Below are positions 53,333-64,000 of a stretch of 64,000 nt of DNA, piece after piece. This DNA is from Octopus vulgaris (taxonomy: Eukaryota): contig OX597835.1 in NCBI GenBank assembly GCA_951406725.2, positions 43,090,001-43,154,000 of the forward strand, given 5' to 3'. The notes beneath the pieces were generated by a model, which saw only the letters and a program-made list of their open reading frames with translations, did not search any database and was not told where the DNA came from. Made by a program: the position numbers and the translations under genes. Positions within the stretch are counted from its first letter, which is position 1. Every line of letters starts with the position of its first letter.

Positions 53333-53468
53333 ACTTCTTACAGCTGTTTCAGCCTATTGCTAAAAGTAGATAATTTTATTTTCATTGCCTATAGGTGTCA
53401 ACATACTGAGATTGTAGGCATTTAAATATAGGGTACTTATATATAACCATAAGCCTCATCAGAGGTTA
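53333..53468 (-). ncRNA. Hammerhead ribozyme with long stem II insertion (PLE-type tail about 53143-53556)
   Basis: Reverse complement reads CTGATGA-ggcttat...(about 95 nt)...ataggct-GAAA-CAGCTG-TA^ag. Palindromic ACAGCTGT stem III; stem I weak; (TA)n flanks. Confidence 0.6.
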
Positions 53469-54259
53469 TAAGGAACTTTAAAAATATACCAACAGTATAT
53501 TGATAAATGCTATCCCATAGTGGGTTACACCCATAACCCCTATCTTACTTTGTACTATATATATATATATATATATCATCATCATCATCATCCTCATCGT
53601 TTAACGTCCGCTTTCCATGCTAGCATGGGTTGGACGGTTCAACTGGGGTCTGGGAAGCCAGGAGGCTGCACCAGGCTTCAATCTTGATCTGGCAGTGTTT
53701 CTATGGCTGGATGCCCTTCCTAACGCCAACCACTCCATGAGTGTAGTGGGTGCTTTTTACGTGCTACTGGCACAGGTGCCAGGCGTGACTGGCAATGACT
53801 ACAATTGGATGGTGCTTATTTACGTGCCACCGGCATGGAGGCCAGTCGGGGTGGTGCTGGCAACTGCCACGATCAGATGGTGTTTTTTATGTGCCACTGA
53901 CATATATATATATATATATATATATAATTATGTGGTAATCTGTCAGCATGTAAAAATGCATTTAATCAGCTAAGAGAGTAAAGATAATGTGATATTTATA
54001 GACCATGTTAAATACAACTACTCAGGATTTCCTGGTCAAGATAATAATCTATTTTACCATTTATTAAGCTGAGAACTGTTTGTCAGATGTAGTTTAATCA
54101 GATAATGTTTAAACAAGAGATTCTGGTAAAAAAACAGAAGGGAGATAACCAATGTTACAATGATTCGATGTGAAGCAGAAGTAAACAAGATATCAATGGT
54201 TTACTAAGTGTCTGGTGGTCTGCTTTTAAATTCTGACAAGATGTATTTCTTGAAATACA

Positions 54260-54625
54260 GACATAAAGAAAAATTCCTGAAATTTATAGAGATGCAGTTT
54301 TTCAAGAGAACATACTAAACATTTTTTGGACCTGTTAATATTGGGTCTGGTTTTGGAGAGGATTTTCCATCTATCCTTGAAACTGGTCCCTTCATCTTTA
54401 AGTTTCCAGATTTAAATCAAAAGGGTTGTTGAATGCCTCTTATCATGGTACCTAAAATTCAAAAGGTGGTTGGTTGGTTGTAATACGTGGATTTAAATTT
54501 TCCCTTCCACAGCTCCAATATAATGTTTGATTTCTGTACGGCTATTGTTGTAGTTTGTTGAAACCTGTGCTTCATAAACAACAGAAGATCAATCACACTT
54601 CTGTCCAAGAGAACATTTTGATTTG
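54260..54625 (-). pseudogene. Old Hydra-type PLE GIY-YIG endonuclease remnant
   Basis: Manual translation with stops and shifts: KCSLGQKC..SVVYEAQV...HYIGAVEGKFKSTYYN...FRYHDKRHSTTL..IWKLKDEG..FKDRWKILSK...KKCLVCSLEKLHL, collinear with the 49.7-50.1 kb endonuclease. Confidence 0.75.
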
Positions 54626-55361
54626 TCTCTATGTGTACCTCCAGGACAGGCTTCAGTCATCCATTGCTTATTGATAAGTGACTTAACATTAAAGGGACGA
54701 GAAAAGGTAATTTCTATTGTGTGTCTGTTAAGGATTTGTTGTATCTATGGGTTCATAAGAACTTTACTGCCCACAGAGGGGACAAACAAAGAGAGATTAA
54801 GTCGATTATATTGACCCCAATGCGTAACTGGTACTTTTTTAATCGACCCCCAAAAGGATGAAAGGTAAAGTCGACTTCGGCGGAATTTGAACTCAGAACA
54901 TAGCGGCAGACAAAATACCACTAATCATTTCGCCCAGCATGCTAATCATTCTGCCAGCTTTGCTGCCTATGTATCTTTGGGTTCTAGGGAAGAGGATATC
55001 CTTTAAGTGCAAGAATCTTTTACTTACATTTGTCCTAACATTAAGGGGAAAAGTGGCACAAACCATAAAACTTTCCAGGACCTATTCTTACAACTAGAGG
55101 ATAGAGGTGGGGGTGGGGTTCATAAAAGATTTTATCAGTAAAACCACTATCCTCTAGGGTATTATTATATTATGGGGAAGCCTTTGTGAATGTCACTTTA
55201 GAAGTTGAAAGATGTGATCCTACAGCTAATGTTTGGAAATAAGTTTTTAAATACAATAGTTGGGTGACAGGCATGTTTATTAATATAGCCATCTATAATG
55301 TGTGCAAGTGCGTGTGTGTGCGCATGTGTGTGCGTGTGTGTGTGTGTGTGCGTGTGTGTGA

Positions 55362-55396
<35 letters not shown>

Positions 55397-55749
55397 TGTG
55401 TTTGTTCCCTGCCACTACTTGACAACCGGTGTTAGTTTGTTTACATCCCTGTAAGTTAGCAATTTGGCAAAAGAGACCAGTCAAATAGGTCCTGGAGAAG
55501 GCTTTAAAAAATAAGTGCCACCAGCAGTTTGGTTGCCTGAAATTCTTCAAGGCAGTGCCCCAGCATGGCCACAGTCTAATATATATTATCTATTTATCCA
55601 CCTAATTGCCTCCATACATGCTCAACTTGATCTCTTTTGTAGCCTTTTTTTACCTTGTGGAATGATTCCCAGTGAAGACATTGGCACTGTTAAGTGTCTT
55701 CTGTACAGAGAATATCTGAATCGCATCTGTGAACTATACACACACACAC

Positions 55750-55782
<33 letters not shown>

Positions 55783-55783
<1 letters not shown>

Positions 55784-57231
55784 GTTTAAATATTTGTTGT
55801 GCAAGATTTTTTATGTGAAGTCGTGTGTTGAAACAGATATTGTTATATTTCGGAATGGTCATATTGCCAGTTTAGCCAATAAAAACACACGCACTATATA
55901 TTTGGTGTTATTTTGCTTCAGTGATATTTATTTTTTACATTAATCTTAATCTTATTTCGGCCAAAGTTCTTTCGTCACACTCCTGTGACCGCATCAGTGG
56001 TCCTTTGTTTTCTTCTCACTTACTTGTGTCTCTCCTTACTAACCGTCAGCCATTTTGTATTTCTATTGTATGTCTTCATTTGCGCATGCTTATATCTCTA
56101 TGTGCGTCTATGTTTATTTAGTGTGTGTGGGGGGGGATGCCTGTAATATTTGTATCTTCTGGTTATATACATTCTTGTAATTTGTATTTTGTTTTTGTTG
56201 TTGTTGCTTTTGTTCTAATTTTGTTCATGTGTTTACATCCACCCATTATTATCATTACATATGCTTGTATGTATGTATAACAACAATATTAGTAATAATA
56301 ATAATAAATCTAATCGAAAAAAAAAAAAAAAAAAAAAAGAATATACATATACATATATATATATATACATACATATACATATACATATACATATATATGC
56401 ATATATACACACATATATACACATATAGATATTCATTTCTATTTCTTTAATTACCTGTGTATTTATTATGTTTGCAGGATCCACTATTGTCATATGTTGT
56501 GGTGTGCGCTATTGCTCCATTCTAGTTTTCTATTCAGGCTAGGTTTATTTTCTATTATATGTGTAGCTTCTGTAATTTGTCTAATTGTTGCATCTGTTCT
56601 ATGTGTGGACAATATCTTAATCTCTATGTTATTGATTGATCCCCCGTGTTCTTGTTCGGCGTGTTGGTACAGAATCGATGAGCTTTTACCTTCCTTGAGT
56701 TGTCTCCAATGTTCATTCACCCGCTCACCAATGCTTCTTTTTTTTTTTTTTTTTTTTTTTCGATTAGATTTATTATTATTATTACTAATATTGTTGTTAT
56801 ACATACATACAAGCATATGTAATGATAATAATGGGTGGATGTAAACACATGAACAAAATTAGAACAAAAGCAACAACAACAAAAACAAAATACAAATTAC
56901 AAGAATGTATATAACCAGAAGATACAAATATTACAGGCATCCCCCCCACACACACTAAATAAACATAGACGCACATAGAGATATAAGCATGCGCAAATGA
57001 AGACATACAATAGAAATACAAAATGGCTGATGGTTAGTAAGGAAAGACACAAGTAAGTGAGAAGAAAACAAAGGACCACTGATGCGGTCACAGGAGTGTG
57101 ACGAAAGAACTTTGGCCGAAATAAGATTAAGATTAATGTAAAAAATAAATATCACTGAAGCAAAATAACACCAAATATATAGTGCGTGTGTTTTTATTGG
57201 CTAAACTGGCAATATGACCATTCCGAAATAT

Positions 57232-57238
<7 letters not shown>
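55783..57238 (-). mobile_element. 5'-truncated PLE (family C) with inverted 500-bp arm
   Basis: Minus-strand GIY-YIG C-terminal fragment RSIGERVNEH...SILYQHAEQEH...IKILS...RQITEATHIIENKPSLNRKLE (56490-56735). 55838-56338 is inverted at 56738-57238, with an about 55-nt unpaired tail and (TA)n flanks. Confidence 0.85.
57073..57117 (+). ncRNA. Hammerhead-like motif with non-canonical core (family C); inverted copy 55959-56003(-)
   Basis: ggacca-CTGATGC-g-GTCACA(ggag)TGTGAC-GAAA-gaac-TT-tggcc. Perfect 6-bp stem II, but A9>C. Confidence 0.4.
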
Positions 57239-57274
<36 letters not shown>

Positions 57275-57872
57275 CACGTGATCATGTGACCGACAAGGCT
57301 ATCAGATGTTGCTACACATCGCTGGTCACAATGCGTTCACATTGTTTTAGCCTTCGAATGATACCACCCCGCTTGAGAGAAAGAGTGGTGAAAGAGTATA
57401 TCAGGGATCACCACTCCCTGTCGGAGCCTCATGGAGCTTTTAGGAGTTTTCGCTCAATAAACACTCACAACGACGAGATGACAAAGGACTGAGATACCTG
57501 TCCCCTTGTTGTACTCAAGAGGATCCCTACTCTGCAACAGAAGTGTTAGGACCAGTCCCTCTGGTGGTGTAAGGCACTGACGGTGGTGCCATGTAAAAGT
57601 GCCCAGGTGGTGCCTGGTAAAACCGCCCAGGTGGTGCCAAGTAAAAGAGTCCATGTGGCACAACGTAAAAGCACCCATGTGGTACCACATAAAAGTACCT
57701 GTGCGGTGTGCCACATAAAGGCACCCAGCACACTCCGTAAAGTGGTTGGCATCAGGAAGAGCATCCAGCTGTAGAAGCCATTCCAAATCAGACTGCAGTC
57801 TGGTGCAGTTCCCCAGCTTGCCAACTCTGGTCAAACTGTCCAACCCTTGCCAGCATGGACAACAGAAGTTAA

Positions 57873-57907
<35 letters not shown>

Positions 57908-58085
57908 CATGATCATGATGATGATCATGATGATGATGACGATGACGACGACGACGACGACGGTGGTGATGATGATGTAAAGCCTGGTACTTATTCTGCT
58001 GGTCTCTTTTTACAAACTGTTAAGTTACAGGGATGTAAACACACCAACACCAGTTGTCAAGCAATAAAGATGAACAGACACTTAC

Positions 58086-58121
<36 letters not shown>

Positions 58122-58130
58122 ACACATACA

Positions 58131-58181
<51 letters not shown>

Positions 58182-58780
58182 CAGACATGGTTTCAGGTTC
58201 AGTCCCACTGCGTGGCACCTTGGGCAAGTGTCTTCTGCTATAGCTTCAGGCTGACCAAAGCCTCGTGAGTGGATTTGGTTGATGGAAACTGAAAGAAGAC
58301 CAAAGCCTCGTGAGTGGATTTGGTTGATGGAAACTGAAAGAAGACCAAAGCCTCGTGAGTGGATTTGGTTGATGGAAACTGAAAGAAGACCAAAGCCTCG
58401 TGAGTGGATTTGGTTGATGGAAACTGAAAGAACAGACTTCTTTCAGTTTCCATCAACCAAATCCACTCACGAGGCTTTGGTCAGCCTGAAGCTATACCAG
58501 AAGACACTTGCCCAAGGTGCCACGCAGTGGGACTGAACCTGAAACCATGTGGTTGGGAACCAAGTTTCTTATGACATAACTATGCCTGTGCTGACGCTGC
58601 ATTAAAAGCGCTCAGTACAATCTATGGTGTGGTTGGCATTAGGAAGGGCATCCAGCCATAGAAACCATGCCCAAGCAGAGAATGAAGCCTGGTGCGGCCC
58701 CTCACCTTACCAGCTCTAGTCAAACTGTCCAACCCATGCCAGCATAGAAAATGAACATTAAATGATGATGATAATGATGA

Positions 58781-58816
<36 letters not shown>

Positions 58817-59068
58817 GTGTGTGTGTGTGTGTGTGTGTGTCTGTCTGTCTGTGTTTGTCTCTCCACATTGCATGACAACCGATGTTGGTATGTTTACATC
58901 CCTGTAACTTAGTGATACAGCAGAAGAGACTGATAGAATAAGTACTAGAACAAGCCCTGGGGTCAATTTGTTCAACTAAAGGCAGTGCTCCAGCACAGCC
59001 ACGGTCAAATGAATGAAACAAGTAAAAGAATAAAAGAATAAAAGTATATAAGTATATATATATACATC

Positions 59069-59100
<32 letters not shown>

Positions 59101-59117
59101 TACATATACATATGTTA

Positions 59118-59443
59118 CAAAGTCAGAAAACAGCACAGCTCCCATGACTTTCGGAAACATTTTTTCACGCTGAGAGTTGCTGAAGCATGGAACAAACTGC
59201 CGGCATCAGTTGTTAGTTGTCAGAACACTGCATCCTTCAAAACTTCCATGCTTCCTGAGATTCGCCAACACTACACCTGATTTTCTTCCCTCCATACACA
59301 CACAAGCATGTAGCTGACTCATACACTGTTCACTTCCCAGACATTTGTACATTACTGCATATACTCTATACGCACTTTCTGACAAGTTGTGGTGCACCTG
59401 AGCACTGTATACAATAATTTCATTATTATTATAATTATATTAT
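59118..59443 (+). mobile_element. CR1/L2-like LINE 3' end
   Basis: KVRKQHSSHDFRKHFFTLRVAEAWNKLPASVVSC.NTASFK, then a short UTR ending in (TTA)n. Confidence 0.8.
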
Positions 59444-59644
59444 ATTTATGCCCACGTGTATGTGTGAGTGTGCATGTGTGCATGTGTGCATGTGTGTGTG
59501 TGTGTGTGATGGCTCTGTGGTTAGAAGCTTACTTCCTAATCACATGGTTTCTGGTCTAATGACTGAAACAAGTAAAAGATAAAAGATAAAGAATATAATA
59601 TATATGCCTGTGTGTGTGTATAAATATATATGTGTATATATATA

Positions 59645-59701
<57 letters not shown>

Positions 59702-59706
59702 CATAC

Positions 59707-59773
<67 letters not shown>

Positions 59774-60118
59774 TGTATGTATGTATGTTCATATACATTG
59801 CTGAGCAAGCCACTTCATTTCATAATATTCTTGTTCACTCAGCTAAAATCTCAGCCAATCAGATGCTGGTACATTCCTATCTCCGGTCTCGTTGTTTCAT
59901 GCAGGATGTCTCACGGGTCAAGAGTGGGGAGTGCCGGGAGGTAGCATGGTGTCTATATCATGTCTTGACCTAAAACTCTAAACAAGTTCATGCTTCTTGT
60001 TACACTTGCATCTGAAGGATAGCTGTTCTGTACAAACACACATACATACATACATATGCATGTACATGCATACATACATTCATATATGCATACACACACA
60101 TGCACACATACATATATA

Positions 60119-61504
60119 CTGGGTCTTGCAGATGAATTGAGACCAATTTTAAGCTCTTGGTGGGTGTGTTTCATTTTTTGACAAAACCTTGCTTGTTTGA
60201 AAATCTAATCCTCCTCGTTAAAAAGCACCATCCGAACGTGGCTGATGCCAGCGCCACCTCGACTGGCTTCCATGCCAGTGGCACGTAAAATGCACCAATC
60301 CGATCGTGGCCATTGCCAGCCTCGCCTGGCACCTGTGCCAGTGGCATGTAAAAAGTACCCACTACACTTATGGAGTGGTTGGCATTAGGAAGGGCATCCA
60401 GCTGTAGAAACACTGCCAGATCAGACTGGAGCCTGGTGCAGCTTTCTGGCTTCCCAGATCCCTGGTCAAACCGTCCAACCCATGCTAGCATGGAAAACGG
60501 ACATTAAATGATGATGATGATGAATAAACTGATTCAACAGCAGAAAGTCATGGAACAACAGAACCGTTCTGCCATTGTTGTTTTGGCATGTGCTGGGCAC
60601 ACTGCCAATAAAACTGATAGATTGACAAAACTTCCAAAACCAAGAATTTATCGTGTGTATAAACAATTTATGGAAGTAAAGATTGATAGAAAAGAATACA
60701 AGACTCAAAGTGATTCGAAGTGCAATCCAAAGTTTCTCACTGGCCTCAAATGCTCGACTGAAGCCAAGCTATCCACATTCATCGCAAGACTTGCAAAGAA
60801 ACACAATGTGTCCCTTTCCGTGGTATCCAGAGCTGTGAGCAGGAACCTTAGCATGACTAGCTATGTTTGACAACACCATCACTTCCTAACAGCCAAGGCC
60901 AAAGCAATCAGAGCCGAGAGACACCTAAAGCTTCTGTCATTCATCAAGCATCAAGATGCAGGAAAAACTCTCATGTTTGTGAACGAGAAGTTCACTGTGG
61001 AGGCTGAGGTGAATTGCAGAAATTCTTGAGTGCTTGCATTCAACCCTTCTGATGTCCCCACTGTGTTTGAGATTAAAAATCCTGCCTGTGATGGTTTGAT
61101 AATGTGGTGCCTATCTAGGATTCTGCATCCTGCCATAGGTCAAAAGCAACACAAGCCTTCCAAGGGCCAACATCTGGCCCAGTAATAGCCCAGATCTCAA
61201 CCTTCTTGATTACTTTTTATGGGGAGTACCTCAAGCAAGGACCGATGCTTCACCACTCCCAAGTGTCAACAACTTCAAGACTTGCATCATGCATGTGGCA
61301 TGATGTAGGTTAAAAAGGCAGAGGTTGCAGCAACTGCAAAAAAATTTTGTTCTCATGTGGAGGCAGGAATTGCCCAAAAGGGCAGCCATGTTGAGTCATA
61401 AATGCTTTTTGTCACAATTATATCCGTCTACTACCATTATTTTAGTATTCATAACCAGGTTTGTGCATTGTAAAAAAATTTCTTGGTTTATCTGCAAGAT
61501 CCTG
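60119..61504 (+). mobile_element. Decayed Tc1/mariner transposon (DD37D/maT-like) with nested SINE at about 60218-60522
   Basis: TIRs TA-ctgggtcttgcagatgaa ... tttatctgcaagatcctg-TA. HTH region ARLAKKHNVSLSVVSRAV, FVNEKFTV, WPSNSPDLNLLDYFLWG. Confidence 0.85.
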
Positions 61505-64000
61505 TACATACATACATACATACATACATACATACATACATACATACATACATACATACATACATACATACATACATACATGGTGGCTGCCCCCTCGTTA
61601 TCGAGTATGACCATTGCACGAAACCTAGTCAATGTTGTTATCGTGCAATGCCTGTGCAAGAAGATTTTTTGTAAAGTGAGGAAAGGCTGTGCACTGAGTC
61701 AATCCCACTCACTAAGCAACAGCAGCCATAATCCAAAAAGAAGAACAAGTCAACAACATCAGTAACCACTGAGCTGCAGGTTTTATGTCGGAGTTATCCC
61801 AGTTACCTGAGTTACCTTCTCCAAGAAGGATGCCTTAACAAAGGCTAGGAGTCCTTCACTCCCAATGGTTTAACAGTGCGATCAGGTATTCAGTCTGATT
61901 ATTTCTATGTCCCCACGCTACATAGGTACATTGGGGATAGATAATTACTTGTACAGATCCTACCAAGCATTTGAAACAATCTGTTTTATGATTGGTCGTA
62001 CTCATATGCAACTGTTACATATAGATCTTTCCGCCATTATTAAATGTCATTGTCAGATGACAAGGGTTGGGTGCAGTGAGTCAAGGGAGGAAATGGTGTG
62101 AGTCAAGGAAGGAAATGCTGTGAGTCAGGGTAGAATGGTGATGTGGTTTCATGAGTTAAAAGAGGGCAAAGATGTCACGATACAAGTCAATAATTTATTG
62201 TTTACATTGGTGTGTAATGTTTTATATTGATTTATATCAAAGCTGTTGCACGGGTGTGACTAGGCACAAGCATGGCTGTGTGATAAGAAGTTGGCTTCTG
62301 AACTACATGGTTTGAATACAGTCCCACCATGTGGCACTAAGAATAAGTACTTTCTACTATCATCGTTTAATGTCCGCTTTCCATGCTAGCATGGGTTGGA
62401 CGGTTTGACTGGGGTCTGGGAAGCCAGGAGGCTGCACCAGGCCCAGTCTGATTTGGCAGTGTTTCTACAGCTGGATGCCCTTCCTAACGCCAACCACTCC
62501 GTGAGTGTAGTGGGTGCTTTTTACGTGCCAGGCAAGGCTGGCAACAACCACGATCGGTTGGTGCTTTTTACATGCCACTGGCACGGAAGCCAGTCTAGGC
62601 GACGCTGGCAACGGCCACGTTCGGATGGTTCTTTTACGTGCCACCAGCACTGGTATCACAGCTACAATTTCCATTGATTTTTGATCGATTTCGATTTCAC
62701 TTGCCTCGACAGGTCTTCACAAGTAGAGTTTTGTGTCCCAAAAAGGAAAGGTATGCATAAGTGGACTGGCTACATCCCAGGTAGAAGCCACGGGTTATGG
62801 TCTCACTTGTCCTGCCGGGTTTTCTCACACACAGCATATTTCCAAAGGTCTCTACTATATAATTCTTTACTGCCCACAAGGGGCTAAACATAGAGGGGAC
62901 AAACAAGGACAGACAAATGGACTAAGTTGATTACATCGATCCCTGTGCGTAACTGGTACTTATTTAATTGACCGCAAAAGGATGAAAGGCAAAGTCGACC
63001 TCGGCAGAATTTGAACTCAGGATGAGCAACAGTTAGCTAAAAAAGTGAGTAGGAAAAGGGTAGCGGGGTGTAAAGTTAAAGGCCTCCATATTAGTAAGGA
63101 AGAGGGGGAGAAAAATACTTTTCCATAACGAATGAAAGGAAGAAAGAGAGATAGGAGGTTGAACATACGTAACGAACATGCACAAAACTTAAATTACATA
63201 TACATGTGTATATAAAAGTGTATATTAGCAATAAATACACATATAAGAACACATATATAAATATCATCATCATCATCATCATTTAGCGTCCGTTTTCCAT
63301 GCTAGCATGGGTTGGACGGTTCAACTGGGGTCTGGGGAGCCCGAAGGCTGCACCAGGCCCAGTCAGATCTGGCAGTGTTTCTACAGCTGGATGCCCTTCC
63401 TAACGCCAACCACTCCGAGAGTGTAGTGGGTGATTTTATGTGCCACCGACACAGGTGCCAGACGAGGCTGGCGAACGGCCACGCTCGGATGGTGTTTTTA
63501 TGTGCCACCGACACAGGTGCCAGACGAGGCTGGCAGACAGCCACGCTCGGATGGTGTTTTTATGTGCCACCGACACAGGTGCCAGATGAGGCTGGCGGAC
63601 GGCCATGATCAGATGGTGTTTGTTACGTCCCCAAAGCACGGAGGCCAGTCTATGCGGTACTGGCTACGGCCACGTTCAGATGATTTCCTTGTGTGCCACC
63701 GGCACTGGTACCACAAGGATACAAATTCCATTGATGTTCATCTATTTTGATTTGTTTTGATTTGATTTGATTTTCACTTGCCTCAACAGGTCTTCACAAG
63801 TGTCACAAGAAGGAAGGTATGCACAGGTGGACTGACTACGTCCCAGGTAGGGGCCACGGGTTATGGCCTGACTAGTCTTGCCGGGTCTTCGGATGGTGTT
63901 TTTATGTGCCACCGACACAGGTGCCAGATGAGGCTGGCGAACGGCCATGATCGGATGGTGTTTGTTGCGTGCCCACAGCACGGAGGCCAGTCGATGCGGT

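Noticed and set aside
58254-58432. CRISPR-like regular repeat
   Set aside because: Head-to-tail 45-bp units with no spacers, derived from a SINE; eukaryotic context and no cas genes.
63420-63620. Repeated GTGCCACCGACACAGGTGCCAG units resembling an array with spacers
   Set aside because: Internal tandem repeats of SINE family 3, seen in other copies.

Overview
Repeat-dense, AT-rich animal genomic DNA. The SINE families and microsatellite load point to a cephalopod (Octopus-like) genome; this is an inference from sequence style. One probable host gene is present: an uninterrupted 885-codon ORF on the minus strand (15627-18284) with a C-terminal VPS9-like domain. The main feature is a near-intact Penelope-like retroelement (PLE, about 45758-53092). 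It encodes RT plus a C-terminal GIY-YIG endonuclease with Hydra-clade signatures (DKT, CxCx5C, KW, CxxC), broken only by a 1-nt frameshift in a C-run. It has direct and inverted pseudo-LTRs, each carrying a type I hammerhead ribozyme (HHR). Reading by eye finds about 15 HHR or HHR-like motifs of at least 6-8 unrelated sequence families across the window. Most lie in short PLE-type units beside (TA)n, several of them fold-backs with a 55-70 nt unpaired tail. One HHR has a compensatory A3-U8 core. The rest comprises decayed RTE, R4/Dong, HERO-like and CR1/L2-like LINE pieces, a DD37D-like Tc1/mariner relic, MITEs, a Helitron-like end, dozens of SINEs and long microsatellites. Coordinates were read by eye and boundaries may be off by a few bases.
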